In this document: in pieces, positions 48,853 to 61,020 of the stretch | How positions within the stretch are numbered: position 1 is the stretch's first letter | Layout: each line of letters starts with the position of its first letter | Assembly (NCBI GenBank): GCA_013265495.1 | Contig: MU057744.1 | Location: forward strand, 434,001 to 498,000 | Direction of reading: 5' to 3' | Source: Vicugna vicugna | Lineage: Eukaryota | DNA length: 64,000 nt | Position numbers and translations under genes: made by a program | Notes under the pieces: model-generated | Seen by the model: the letters and a program-made list of their open reading frames with translations, nothing else | Told to the model about the DNA's origin: nothing | Databases searched by the model: none

Positions 48853-51834
48853 AAATCAAACCCGTAACAGCCTTGCCCTGGCACTCCCTAGCTCCCCTTC
48901 CTTGTTTTTTCTCCCAAGCACTGATTGCATTTTAAATGCTTATCTGTTACTTTGCTTATTCAGATGATTTTTGGTTTCCTGACAGTACTCTGGGTCTGAC
49001 ATCTCTCCTAAACCATAAACTCTGCGTGGGCTGGACTGTTTGGTTTCCCCTCCACGGCCCGCCGTTTCCATTGCTGTATTCCCAGCGCTCAGAAAGTACG
49101 GCCAGGAAAGCCTAGTAGAGCAGAGTGAGGGGCTGTGCAGGAAAGGGGGCAAACCCCATCCCGGGGGGGGCGGTCGCACAGCTAGGAGCAGAGGTCCAAG
49201 GAGAGAAGGCTAGGCAGGAAGGACCCGAAGGAGGCTGAGCTGGCCGGGCTGGGCCAACCGTGGGCGGCCTAGGTGAGTTGCTATGGTTACTGAGAAGCAG
49301 GGCCAGGGCCCAGCCTTCCAGCCTCGGCCACCAGACCTTGGGGGGTGGGTGGAGGGGGACCAGGAGGTTGGGGAAAAACAACAGAAACTCACCCTTGGCT
49401 GGAGACCCGCTCTCACCGAAGGCTGATGAACTGTAATCCCTGACATCAGCGTGGCATCAAATCCAGAACACCGGGGGGACGAAATAATCACAAACAAGGA
49501 GTGGGGCTGCCACCGCTTGAACACAGACAGAGTGAGTCACCAGGGAGGCGGGTGGTGGCGGGTCTGTGGCGGCTTCGCACAGACAGGAGGTGGGGGTGGG
49601 GTCCCTTTTAAGGGACTTTCAAACATGAAAACTTGCATTCGAAAGAGTACACATTTTACAGAATCATTTTGGTTTTGCCCCAAACTTTGCATCTGTTCTG
49701 CAGAGCCTCCTGACTTTGTTTTCCTGGCCACCCCCTGGTGGGGAGGCCGTCTCCCCACCACCTGGCTGCACCTGGGTGCCAGCGACTCGGTCTCTGTCTC
49801 CAGCCAGACTTCGGCTCACCTGGACAGCACCTCCTCACCTGGCCTGTCCCCCTCTTTCTCTCCACTCGTCCACTCGCTCCTCCTCTTTCATTCACTAAAT
49901 CAGGTCATGATGTCCTCTCCATTCAGGCCCAAACTGGAAACCGTGGAATCCCCCATACCAGCCTCTCCCCTCCCGTCCACTTCTGGTCAGACAGCAACGC
50001 AAGCACCTGAGCATCCCAGAGAGACGGCAGGGAGCCTTCCCAGCTCTCCCTGCCCTCGGTCTCCTGCATGCCCCACATGGCAGCCACAGTCAGAGGACCA
50101 AGGCTGGGACCTGCTAAATCCTGCATCCGATTAACACCTGCCTGGGATCGTTGTTCCTCACAGAACAGACTCTTCCATGTCACTCACGAGTCTTCATAGC
50201 CTGCCTACCATCTGTCTTTTCCACTCTCCCCACAGCACCTTCATAACTCTGAGCCTTTGCACAGGCTGATCCTTCTGCCTGGAAAGCCCTTTCTTGCTTG
50301 TCCGGATTGATAAATGTGACCCAGCTTTCCAGGGCCCACTTAAGACAGGAGCGTGGTGGGCAGGCCCTGTCTGCATCTCACTGCTCTCCAGGAGAACGGA
50401 TGCTCCCAGGATCACTGTAAAAGTGGCTCTCAGAGCATTAGCCCAGAGGCGAGCTGTTTCCACACACACATTCCCTCTTGATTATGAGTTCTCTGAAGGG
50501 CATGACTATATCTCGTCTTTAAATCGCTAGCAAGACGTCTGGTGCAAGGACTATCGGTGCTTGTCCCACGTCCAGTAAATGAGCGTCTTAAAAACGTATG
50601 GTTGGCGTGCAGTCTTTCAGAAACGCATCTATTACTTTCAGCAAAATACAGGCATTGAAAAAGGCCTCCCAGAGAGCCCAGTGGTTGGGATGAACATGGC
50701 TTGCAGCAGGAATGCACAGGAAAACCAGGGAAAGGGTGTCAACCCCGGGAAGGCTGGGAGGGGTGGCAGGTTTCGGCGAGGACAAAATCCCATGACAAAG
50801 AGAATGGGCCTGGGTCCAGGCCAGTGATCAAATTACTCCAGATACTGGTTACTAAACAAATCCTAGCACAAGGGGAGGGTCTGGAGAGAAAGTGGGGAGT
50901 TCAGAGGAATCGGACCCATTACAGGGCACAGTGAGCCCAGGAACGTGGGGGCTGGTCCCCCTCCCCAAGCAGGACACACAGTGCTTTGTCCAACGTCCAC
51001 TTAACAGTTCTGGGCGGCAGCTGTGGGCACACTCGCTGCGCCGTGGACAGACAGCAAGCACAGACAGTTCGGTGTGAACCAGCCAGAGGAGGACACAGTT
51101 CTGCCAGATCAACCAAGGGGAGGAGAATGGTGCTCAAACACCAAACTCCAGCCAAAGATGATGAGGTGAAGCCACTCAGAGGTGAGGACGGGGGTGGGGT
51201 CACCTGGGTAGCAGAGGTGGTCTACCTGGGTACCCAAAGATTTAGGTAAGCAGAAGACTCCAGTGACCCTGTCCCTGGTGGATAAAATTCAGCAGAAGAA
51301 GAGAGTCTGTGATGCTGACGAAAAGCAATTCAAGCATCTACGCCTCCCTAGTTTCAGAAAGAACCGGATAGCTGGCATCACTTCACTGTCAGCTTCCCTT
51401 AGCCATTTCCCCCGAGGGTCTACGCTTTGGAAATCTCCACTCAGCCTCCATCATCATACTTCCTGGACAAACAGCCCTTAAAATTTCAAGAGCCAGACTA
51501 TGTCTTTACATCCCTGTAACGTCTGCCTCCACCTATATATGCCATGAAACACACACTTACACACTTAAGTAATCTGCCTCCTTAACCAAGCCGCGACCCT
51601 ACCTCGTCCGTGTGGCCCCACAGGTGTCATGGGGTAAATAACTATCTACAGACCAATGGTGCCCCTGGGTTGTAAGTGAAGTCAACTGGAGCACAGAAAA
51701 AAAAAAACAAATCCAGAATTTTCCGAAGACTGATGAGCAGAAACTAAAAGCAAATCAGAATTACTCATGCTGGTGTAGCATGCCACTGGCTTTGGGCTCC
51801 AGACCGTGCTGAGGAAAGGTTCTGCTGGAAATTC

Positions 51835-52391
51835 TGAAGGGGACCAGAACACACCACCCCAAAATATGCCACCTTGGCACAAGGATTATTTTGAGCTGAA
51901 GGCAATTAAAAAACAACAGACACAGGAGGAACTCTCTGGTCTCTCCCTTTCTACCTAAATTCCTCTTTGTGAAGGTGTTTCCCTTCCCATCACCCATACC
52001 AGGAGGAAAGTAACCAGTGCCACTTGAGGAAGTCGACACCAAGATGGACTCCAACAGATAAATCTTACTAAAATAACCTTTATCTGCCATTAATTTTCAC
52101 CACATTTTTACCTTTCCACAATTTACTGCCCCTAGAAGCTCAAACCCCTTTTTTCTTTGTCTTGTCACTTTCTCGCAATGCATCTCCCTTTGTTAAAATG
52201 GTATTAAGACTTCTTTGGATTTCCTCTTCTTTCCTGTGAAGCTCCTACCTATGCACATGCCTAATAAGCCTTTCTCCATTTATTGGGAAATCTTTTCTCC
52301 TGTTAATCTCTCCTGTCATCAGTTTAATTCACATGCCCCAGACACTGAATCTAAGAGGGTAGAGGAAAAGATTTTTTTTCCCCCTCCTACA
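51835..52391 (+). mobile_element. MER34-like ERV1 solo LTR
   Basis: TGAAGGGGACCAGAACACACCACCCCAAAATATGCCACCTTGGCACAAGGATTATTTTGAGCTGAAGGC start, ...CCCCTCCTACA end. Confidence 0.72.
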
Positions 52392-54642
52392 GCTTCCGTA
52401 AAGGGTATGCATAGCAGGTACTCCAAAGCAACAGGACAGGACAGATGCCTCCCCAAATTAGGCTGGAAAAACACTTCAGAGGAGGACACAATTCTTGGAT
52501 ATGCCTGGCCCCTCATACAGATAAGGAAAGATGGGACAGAGGAGGACACTGTGACAGTAGGTCCTACAGATAAAACCGGGGTTCCTCCAGCATCAGAGGT
52601 CCTGGTAGCACCTACTGTCTGCCATCCTTGTCTTTGCATCTCTGACAGAGTCCAGAACCCGGGCTACAGAGTCCGAGGGGCCATCACCGAGAATAACCTA
52701 CTTGTAACAAACAGGCTGTCATCAGCCACCTCCACACACTGCTCTGCTTTCTACCCTCTGAAAAACACCCTTGCTCTTTCCGTCCTGTTTTCTAATTCCA
52801 TTTCTCCTACTTGGACCTTCATACTTGTGTATTGCTTTGACAAAAATCTCTCGATTTTACATATTTGTGTGATGAAACACCGAAAGTAGTAAATTCAGTT
52901 GAATTCGTGTGGTGGGACTGTGGGGGCGCATTTACTTTTCATGGTAACACCTTTTGCTGTAGTTGTAAACGTGCTCTGATGAAAACTGTTGAAACAACGT
53001 AAAGTGTTTTCCTTCCTGCCATTGCTGTCGCCCTGCCCCTCTTCCTCAGTGGCGACCCTGGGAGGGGGCGGAAGAGAAGACCCCACAGCTTAAGCTGGAC
53101 TTGCGCGCCAGGAGGACGCACAGGGACCAACGAGGAAAGCTGAAAGCTCAGTTTCTGGATGGAGCGCAAGTGCTCTGCACTGCGCATGCGTTTGATGGGG
53201 CGCGAGGCTGCCTCGGGCCCCAGAGGGATGCTGAAAGCATTTCTTCTGTCTTCCGTCTCTTCTATCTACTTCCTCAGCCTCACAGCGCAGGTCCCACAAG
53301 AGAGACCCAACCCAGCCACCCAGGGAGAAATGGTTTGAGAAGCCTAAGAAGAGAGAGGAACAAATCTTCTGTTTTGGAAGGGGGCGCATGCGCAGTCCTT
53401 GGGGGGGGCTCCCCACATCTCCATCGCTCACTTCCCATTAGTATATGCTTTTCCTTGGTTAGTTAAGAGTCACCACCGTCCACAAATACACGGCCAGAAT
53501 ACTCCTGGAGAGAAAGGACACTGTGGTCACCGTTGTGTTTTTGGTAAAGAGAAACCCTGCAGGTCCACCGTAAGGACTGCTCACCCCCGTGGTGCACCCG
53601 GCTGAAGCCTGGTCCCGCCTTCACCCCGTTGACCTGGGCTCCCTCCGCTGCCTGGTCCTCTAGGCTGGGCTGTTGTTCACTTGCTTCAGATACCTGGGAA
53701 CCTCAGGGCTTCTGCTAGCTATATAAACGTCCTCACTTCTCCCTAGACACCTAGGACCTGTCCCACAAGCACTGTATCTTCAACACACCCCTTCTCCCCC
53801 ATCTGCACAAGACCTGCCATTTTGTTTGCTAAAGTTCCACCTGGACAACTGATTGCACACCAGCCGCCAGGTGACCTAACAAAAGCTCCTTGACAATTAC
53901 AGTGATTTGGAATGCTCCAGCTAGCTTGTTGCAAGGATCTCTTTCTGAGTGCCCATTGTCTTCTCTGCCAGAATGTGTTTCTTGCAGTGGTATTTCTTGG
54001 CTCTGCTTCCTTCCTTAAAGGGAAATTTCATTTGCCTTTGTTTTCACTTCTGATCATTTTTTAAGGGTCTCTGGCTTATTCTCTGTATTCTTTAACCATC
54101 TAGTTCAAGCCTTTCAGCAGTGTTATGCTAATTTCTACACTGCAGCTGATCTCTTGTTCTTCTTTTCTGACATCATTCAGCCTCTGATTTTCAGTTTAAA
54201 CACCTTTGCTGGCTATTGTTGAAAGGATATTTCTGTAGTATTTTTGGCATGTTAAAGAAGTTAAATTTCAGTTTCTGGCTTAAGAAAACTGAACAATCTC
54301 TCTACCTGAATAGTGAGCCTCTTTATGCCTGAGTATGTCTAGAGTGAATAAAAATACCAAATAAAACCAGGAAAAATCTGTAAGATTAGGTCATAGTGTA
54401 TGCTCATAAGGGTGCTCTGAGAATAAGTCAGGTAATATCTTAAAGACACTGCTTCAAACTTCTATGAAGAAAAAAGGGTAATCTACTAGCATGTGTTGCA
54501 TTGTTAGGCATTCTCCCTCCTTCAAATAGAACAAAAATGAGACAAGAAAAATGATGGTGAGATGTGGCTACAAATGAGAATGATTTGTCTAATAGACTTC
54601 AGTCTTTTCTCAGCCATTTGGCTGCCTCCCTCAGTAAGCAGT

Positions 54643-54682
54643 AGAGAGAGAGAGAGAGAGAGAGAGAGTGTGTGTGTGTGTG
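54643..54682. repeat. Compound (AG)n(TG)n microsatellite
   Basis: Read directly. Confidence 0.9.
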
Positions 54683-56611
54683 ATTATACACAATCACACG
54701 CTTTCCTCCTGCGACAGCTGCCAGGCACTTGCTTCCAGGGACCACGGGGATGAGAGGACACTACCCAGATCCACCATTTCGAAGAAGGTACTGAAATTTG
54801 GGGGGGCTTCTGGTACTGTCATTTTGGCTTTAAAATCTGTGAAATGAATACGGGAAAAGCCTTTTCCTCATTTCTCTGCCGTCGACTTGCCTGAGAAACG
54901 TCAAAGGCAATGAACTGCCTGGCCAATCGCGGCTCTCCTGGGAATGACCCTTTGTGTGTCTCTCAGCGGGCCAAACATCTTCCAGAGGCTTCCTTTGAGC
55001 AATTTTATTTTAAGGAGACTGAGGACTGGAGCCATGTGTGGGTGGAGGAGCAAATAGGAGGTCCATTGTCCTAAATAGTCATTTCAGCCCAATAACCCCG
55101 TAGTGAGGCTACTCATTAACTAGCAATGCATCACAATAAACCTTGCATTTATATTCACACCTGCTGTTTATTTAAGTGTTGTAACCCTGCCTTATCATGA
55201 CTGGTAATTGAGCCAAGCCTACACTTCAATAAACAATTCACAGTTTACATGCCCAGTGTCCTGTTTCTCAGGACTGAAAACGACTTTCTGTTGATCGTCC
55301 CGGTTCTTCCCACGGTAGCCCCTTGCAGGGAGCAGGGTCAGATCAGAGGGCGGGGGCTCCCTTCCCTGGCACCAGGCAAAAATCAGGAAAAGGATTTCCC
55401 CCAAAGAATCAAGAAGCCAGCCAAAGAGCCTGGGTCCCCTCCCGGCCTCCTTGAGGCGTTTGCCACTGGATTTTCCTGTCGCACAAGGAGGAGGAGGCAG
55501 CACAGCGAGGACTCATGCGCAGGGGACAGGACTGACAACGCTGTAACAGGGAACACCAGCGCAGCCCAGCAGGCCTTTAGCGCTGACTGAAACGGCCGGC
55601 CCTGGGCCAGCCTTTTACATTCTAGGCGGCAACAGAAAGCGAAGCAAACCGGCGGCGGCGGGGGGCTGGGAAGAGACTGGGAGAACCGGTGTCCACGACC
55701 CACTTTATCACTCGATCAAACTTTAACATTTTTGGATTTCCTAATACCCTAGCCCAAGATCCATAGAAATTAGCAAGTCCTCCTTATTTTTAAATCCATA
55801 AGTCTTCTCCAGTCACACCTCTGTTCCCCCGCCACCCCGCCCTTGTTATTATTTATAAGATAAATAAAAAATTAAACCGAAGCTCCCCCAATGTCGTGGG
55901 ATGTGAGCGCTGCGAGGGCGGCCCATTTCAGCACCCGACTCGGGGACAGACGCCATAAGGGGGGAAACAAACCCTCGCCCCGTCGCCCCCGGAACTGCAC
56001 CCGAGGCAGGTGTCCGGGGGTGCTGGGGAATCAAGAAGACTTCTTCAGGCCAAAAGCACTTCCCCCAATAAAACGACCAGCTACCCACGCCATCCCTTCC
56101 ATTACGGTCCTCTCCAACGGGGGACATCCCTGTTGAGGGGGGAGCGAACAGCCGTGACCTACATACGGAAAGGGGGTCCCCAGGAGCCTCCCCCGCCTCA
56201 AGCCGGAGAGGCCGGACGACCCCGACCCTCAGGAGACCCCTTAAGCGTCCCGAGCTGTCTGTTCAAACCTGCGCCGGGCTCTCCCCAGGGCTCGGCGGAG
56301 GGGCCTGGGTTCGGGGAGCCCCCGCTCCCGTCAGCGCCGGGCCGCCGCCGCCGCCCACCTGTGCGGGCACCGCCAAGGCCCGGCCCGCTGCGGGCGGCCG
56401 AGAGCATCACAGGCATTCGTTTCGCGAGCTGCCACTGACGGCTGTAGGACGGCCCAGCACCACAGCCGTCTCTCCAGTTCCAGACTTTCCCGCCCGAGTT
56501 CCCCTTCTGCCTCGGGCTCGCCCCCAGCTCGCCCCGGCAGGGGCTGTGCATTCACTCCCCACCCACAGGCCCCGGCCCGCCCGCCCGCCCGCCCGCGGGG
56601 CGCCCACTTAC

Positions 56612-56690
56612 CCGGAGCGGGGCGCGCGGGCTTTGTCTCCGGCGCGGTGCACGCGGGGGGCGGCCAGACCGAGCAGCATCGCTCCTCATC
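56612..56690 (-). other. GNG4: Probable non-coding first exon of GNG4 (5' end uncertain)
   Basis: Consensus donor CGG|GTAAGT (GT at 56611-56610) just downstream, on the minus strand, of the (GGGGC)5 GC-box array at 56698-56726. Confidence 0.65.
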
Positions 56691-56697
56691 CGGGCGC

Positions 56698-56747
56698 GGG
56701 GCGGGGCGGGGCGGGGCGGGGCGGGCTAAGGCTCCGGCTCCGGCTCC
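56698..56747 (+). promoter_or_regulatory. GC-box (Sp/KLF) array (GGGGC)5GGGC followed by (GGCTCC)3
   Basis: Read directly: overlapping GGGGCGGGGC motifs inside the CpG island. Confidence 0.75.
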
Positions 56748-58654
56748 GCGCCCGGGCTCCCGCTCCTCGGCTCTGACGGGCTCGCGGTGCAAACGCGCGC
56801 CTCGCCTCGCGCCGCCCCGCCCTCCGTCCCGGGGTCCCCGGGCCGCGTCAGCAGCGCAGCCCCGCCCCGCCCCGCGCCTCCCGGCCGGGGCAGGGGAAAG
56901 ACCACGCGAGGCTGAGCGGGGGTGCAGGTGGCCGAACCGGCGCCCCGCGGGAGAGTGCGGGCCCCCAGACGCCAAGTGCTGTGTCCGCCCCGCTCCCTGT
57001 GCCGGGTTGCCCGCGCGCGTCCAGTTCCGGCGGGTGAGAGGGCGTGTCCCGACCCCCGCCTCCTCGCGACCAACGTGGACGCGCCCCCCCGGCAGCGGGG
57101 TCTCGCCGGGCGCCCGAGAGGGGCCGGGAACTCCCGCCCGCCGCCGCCGACGTCACAGGCGCGTCACCGGGGCTCCCGCACCGGGGCTCCGCGCACTCCC
57201 CGCGCCCCCCGCCTCCCGTTCGCCGCCCTGCGCCCCGCGCCCTGCTCTGCGCGCTCCCCGCTCGGCCCCGCCCCCCCAACCCAGGCCATCTCTCTGCCTG
57301 GAGCCGGCGTCGTCCAGGGACTGGAGGAGGGGAGATGAGGGCTGGAGGTGGGGCCCTGGGGACCTGGTCCTCGCGGGGTTTCGGGACCTGAGCCTCAGGC
57401 ATCCTCATCCTTGCCTGCAGGGTAGCGCCAGGGACTAGCCAGGCTGGGCGCGGCCAGTTCCCCTCCATCACCAAAGAATACAAAATATATGCCCCGCCCC
57501 ACCCCACCCCCAAGGTGGGCAGTTAATGGAGAAATGCTTAATAGCCGTAAAAATGCACAGGGCATTGTCTCCGCGGACTGGGGGCAGCTTAACGCACACG
57601 TTGCTAAGTAACGGGAACGAGGGGACCGCAGAGCCGTCCCAGCCCTTTGGGAGCGGGAGCGAGGCTCGAGCTCTCATCCCCAGCTGCCACGAGGGGCGCG
57701 GGAACACAGTCCCAGTGTTCCTGCAGAGCAGCAGCTGCTTCCGCGGGGAAATCCTTGGTGGCGAGTAATTCCTTTAGAACTGTAAGCGTTTGCGATAGAG
57801 ATATTTAAACCTTCTCAGTTATTGTAGTCGTTCTCCTTTAGGGAGAAACAGCTTAAGCCCCATCCATTTTCCAGCTCCTGGTAAAATAATACAAAACCTT
57901 TGGAATAGGAAAGCTACAGTAAGACTTCAAGCCGTGTTAGCAAGATTGGTAGGAAAGGAGGCCAATATTAATTCCTTTATAAGAACAACAAAATCGTGGC
58001 TGACAAACAATTCTTGAAAATCTGCATTCGCCGTCCTCACCACACTCAGCTGCCAGATGACACAAGGATCACTTGTTTCTTAGATCGCTGATCCCCACTG
58101 ACTTGATATGTGCCCCAGACAAATGTGCACCTTCCAAGACTCCCAGTGTCTGATAGAATGCAAATACAGAGTTCAGAAGAGCCCACCTGGGGCCAGCCAA
58201 CATCTCACACAGGCTTTTTTTCACAGCTCAGAAGTGCCCGTTTAAGGCAGGAGTTGAACTATGGTGAAATGATTCGGCCTGTAAATACCCACTGCACCTG
58301 CCGTTTTTAAACAGTGAGACAGATTTGTGAGTTCTGCATTTAAAAGTCAGCAAGTCCAAACTGGGCTCATTATTTCCACTCCCAGATCCATTTCGCCTGT
58401 ACCTCCTGACTCAGTCGGGCCACTCCCCAGCTGGTTGATTAAGGCAGAACCCTGGTTTCTGTTTTACCCCAACCCCCATCTCAATCAGTCTCAATTAGTC
58501 AGTTGTACGGGAAATCAGTATCTACCCTTCCAGGATCCTCATCTCCTTACTTTATTTTTGTAATTTGTTACCATATCCCTCAAGGAAGGATTATGTCCAT
58601 TTTAAAGAGGAAGAAGAGGGTCTGTTTAAGCCAGAGTGAATCCTAAGACCAGTT

Positions 58655-58780
58655 GTGGCAGCATCACCTGGAAACTTGCTAGATATGCAAATTCTAGGAC
58701 CCATCCCAGCCCTACTGAACAGACACTCTTGGGGTGGGGCCCAGCCATGGGTGGTTTAAGCCCTCCAGGTGATTCTCATT
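58655..58780 (+). mobile_element. MER5A-like hAT relic
   Basis: gcagcatcacctggaaacttgctagatatgcaaattct...ggggtggggccc...aagccctccaggtgattct. Confidence 0.7.
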
Positions 58781-58813
58781 CTGTCCATTTCTGTCCATCA
58801 CCCAAGACTGCTG

Positions 58814-59738
58814 TGTTGATGAAAATTCAATTAACAATCAAGCTAAGAAGGAAAAAAAAAGGAATTTTATTCCAGCCAAATGGAGGATTGTAGCCCAGGA
58901 GACAGACTCAGAAGCTCTGAGAACTGTTCCACCTGTTTCAAGTCGAAGGCACACTCGCATACATTTTCGAGACAAAAGATCTGTGAGGGAAAAGCCGGGC
59001 TGGGCTAACAAGATGACTCACTAATCTAAGTATTGGAATATTGATCTGAATTCTGCTGGACTAACTCGTAAATCTAAGTTAATTAGTATTGGTTTGCTGT
59101 TCTTTTTTTTTTTTTTTTTTTTTTTTGCAAACCAGCGGGGGTTTTAAAAAATTTTAACATCTGGCTTGGAATGTTGGTTTGCTGCCTCCCTGCCTCCACT
59201 TTTGTGATACTGATGCTGCTAAAGCTGTCCCATGCCTATTAGCCGAATACCCCAAGCTTGTACTTTACCCTATAAAACCTCATGCGCACGTCTTGGAGGT
59301 GCTCAGAGCTTCGGAGCAGAAGCCCCTCTGAGCCCACCGGTGTAATACATCTGAGTACTCCAACCCTCCAAGTGGTGCTTGTTTCTTGGCTGGCCTGTCG
59401 TTTCTGTAATATTTCATACATCAAAATGACATACTGATATTTTACCCAAAGTTCACCAAGCATACATAGTCCAGGTAAACCCCTACAATGCAGAAAGTCA
59501 CCGTGACCCCCTACAGTGCTGGGGTCAACGCTGTTCTTTTACGAAGTTACATTGATAGAGTCAGAAGAAAGGGGGAAAAATGTACAGTTAAGGAGACCCT
59601 CCCGTCTTTGAGAAGGTCTGGTTAATGTGTAATGCAGATGCACACTGCTCATTAGGGAGGAAGGGAGGAAGTCCAAACAGACAGAGAAAATTTTATTTAA
59701 ATTTCCTTGTCCTGCCTGTAAATTTTGTTTCAGCAGCA
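58814..59738 (-). mobile_element. Solo LTR, family A, split by a nested LTR
   Basis: Colinear with 26265-26758 on both sides of the insert (gacaaaagatc | atacatcaaaatg). Confidence 0.8.
58982..59411 (+). mobile_element. Solo LTR, family B (ERV1-like), nested in family A
   Basis: TG start, TATAAAA at ~59271, R/U5 highly similar to the reverse complement of 62610-62740. Confidence 0.8.
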
Positions 59739-60109
59739 GCAATCACCTGACACCTGGCTGCAGACCCCGGACATCCATTCCCCTTCCTTTGTCCCTGGTT
59801 CTCATGTCTTTGTCTGATACCCACACAGCCACTGCAGGCTTCGCAGATCGGTGTTTGCATGATGCATCTTTTTTCCATTCTTTTATGTTGAATTTTTTGC
59901 ATCTTTATTCTTAAAGTGGGATTCTCTATTCTTGTAGACACCATAGAGTTGGATCTTGCTTTTTTTATTCAGCCTGACAAACTGAGCCTTTTCACTGGAG
60001 TGTTTAGGTCATTTACTTCTTATGTAATTACCATATGGTTGGGTTTGAAACTACAGTCTTGCTATTTGTTTTCTATGTGTCCTATTATTGTTTATTCCTT
60101 TTTCCCTGT

Positions 60110-61020
60110 CTCTTTTTAAAATTGAGGTATAGTTGATTTACAATATAAGTTTTAGGTGTACAATATACCGATTCAAGATTTTCATAGATTATACCCCATT
60201 TAAAGTTATAAATAAGGCTATGTTCCCTGTACTGCACAATATATCCTTGTCATGTATTTATTTTATATATAGTAGTTTGTATCTCTTAACCCCATACCCC
60301 TCACTCACTTCCTCTCCCCACCGGTAACCACAAGATTGTTCTCTGTATCTGTGGGTCTGTTTGTTTTGTTATATTCATTCATTTTTTAGATTCCACATAA
60401 AAGTGATAACATATTTATCTTTCTCTGTGTGCTTTATTTCACTAAGCATAATACTTTGCAGGTCCATTCTTTTTGTTGCAAATGGCAAAATTTCATACTG
60501 TTTATGGCTGAGTAGTGTTCCATTGTGTGTGTGTGTATAAATATACACACTACATCTTTATCCAGTCATCTGTTGATAGACACTTAGGTTTCTTCCATGT
60601 CTTGGAACTGTAAATAATGCTGCTATGAACATTGGGGTGCTTGTATCTTTTCAAATTAGTGTTTTCATTTTCTTTGGATATGTGCCCAGGAATGGGATTA
60701 CTAGATTCTGTGGTGGTTCTATTTTTAGTTCTTTGAGGAATCTCCGTGTTGCCCTCCAGAGCGGCTGCACCAGTTTACATTCCCACCAAAGGAGGGTTCC
60801 CTTTCCTCCACACCCTCTCTGCCAGTTATTATTTGTAGACTTTCTGATGACGGCCATTCTGAGTGGTGTGAGGTGACACCTCATTGTGGTTTTGATTTGT
60901 GTTTCTCTAATAGTTAGCAGTGTTGAGCATCTTCCCATGTGCCTATTGGCCAGCTATATGTTTTCTGTGGAGAGATTTAGGTCTCTGCCCATTTTTTGAT
61001 TGGGTTGTTTGTTGTGAATT
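60110..61020 (-). mobile_element. L1 3' end
   Basis: ORF 60651-60938 [30 protein letters not shown] plus typical 3'UTR. Confidence 0.9.

Larger units (their letters stand above)
56200..57320. promoter_or_regulatory. GNG4: CpG island, probable GNG4 promoter
   Basis: Very GC- and CpG-rich ~1.1 kb with tandem GC boxes, upstream of the minus-strand coding exons; contains a strong minus-strand donor. Confidence 0.88.

Noticed and set aside
38305..52889. ORFs over 200 aa at 38305, 49451 and 52215 (also 10302)
   Set aside because: No recognisable homology, several use non-ATG starts or overlap repeats, and they lie antisense to or outside GNG4 exons.
56010..57513. Long ORFs (up to 263 aa) in the CpG island
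   Set aside because: Arg/Pro/Gly/Ala-rich, open on both strands because GC-rich DNA lacks stops; no recognisable domain.
26265..59738. Provirus bounded by the two family A LTRs
   Set aside because: Opposite orientation, 32 kb apart, no gag/pol/env between them.
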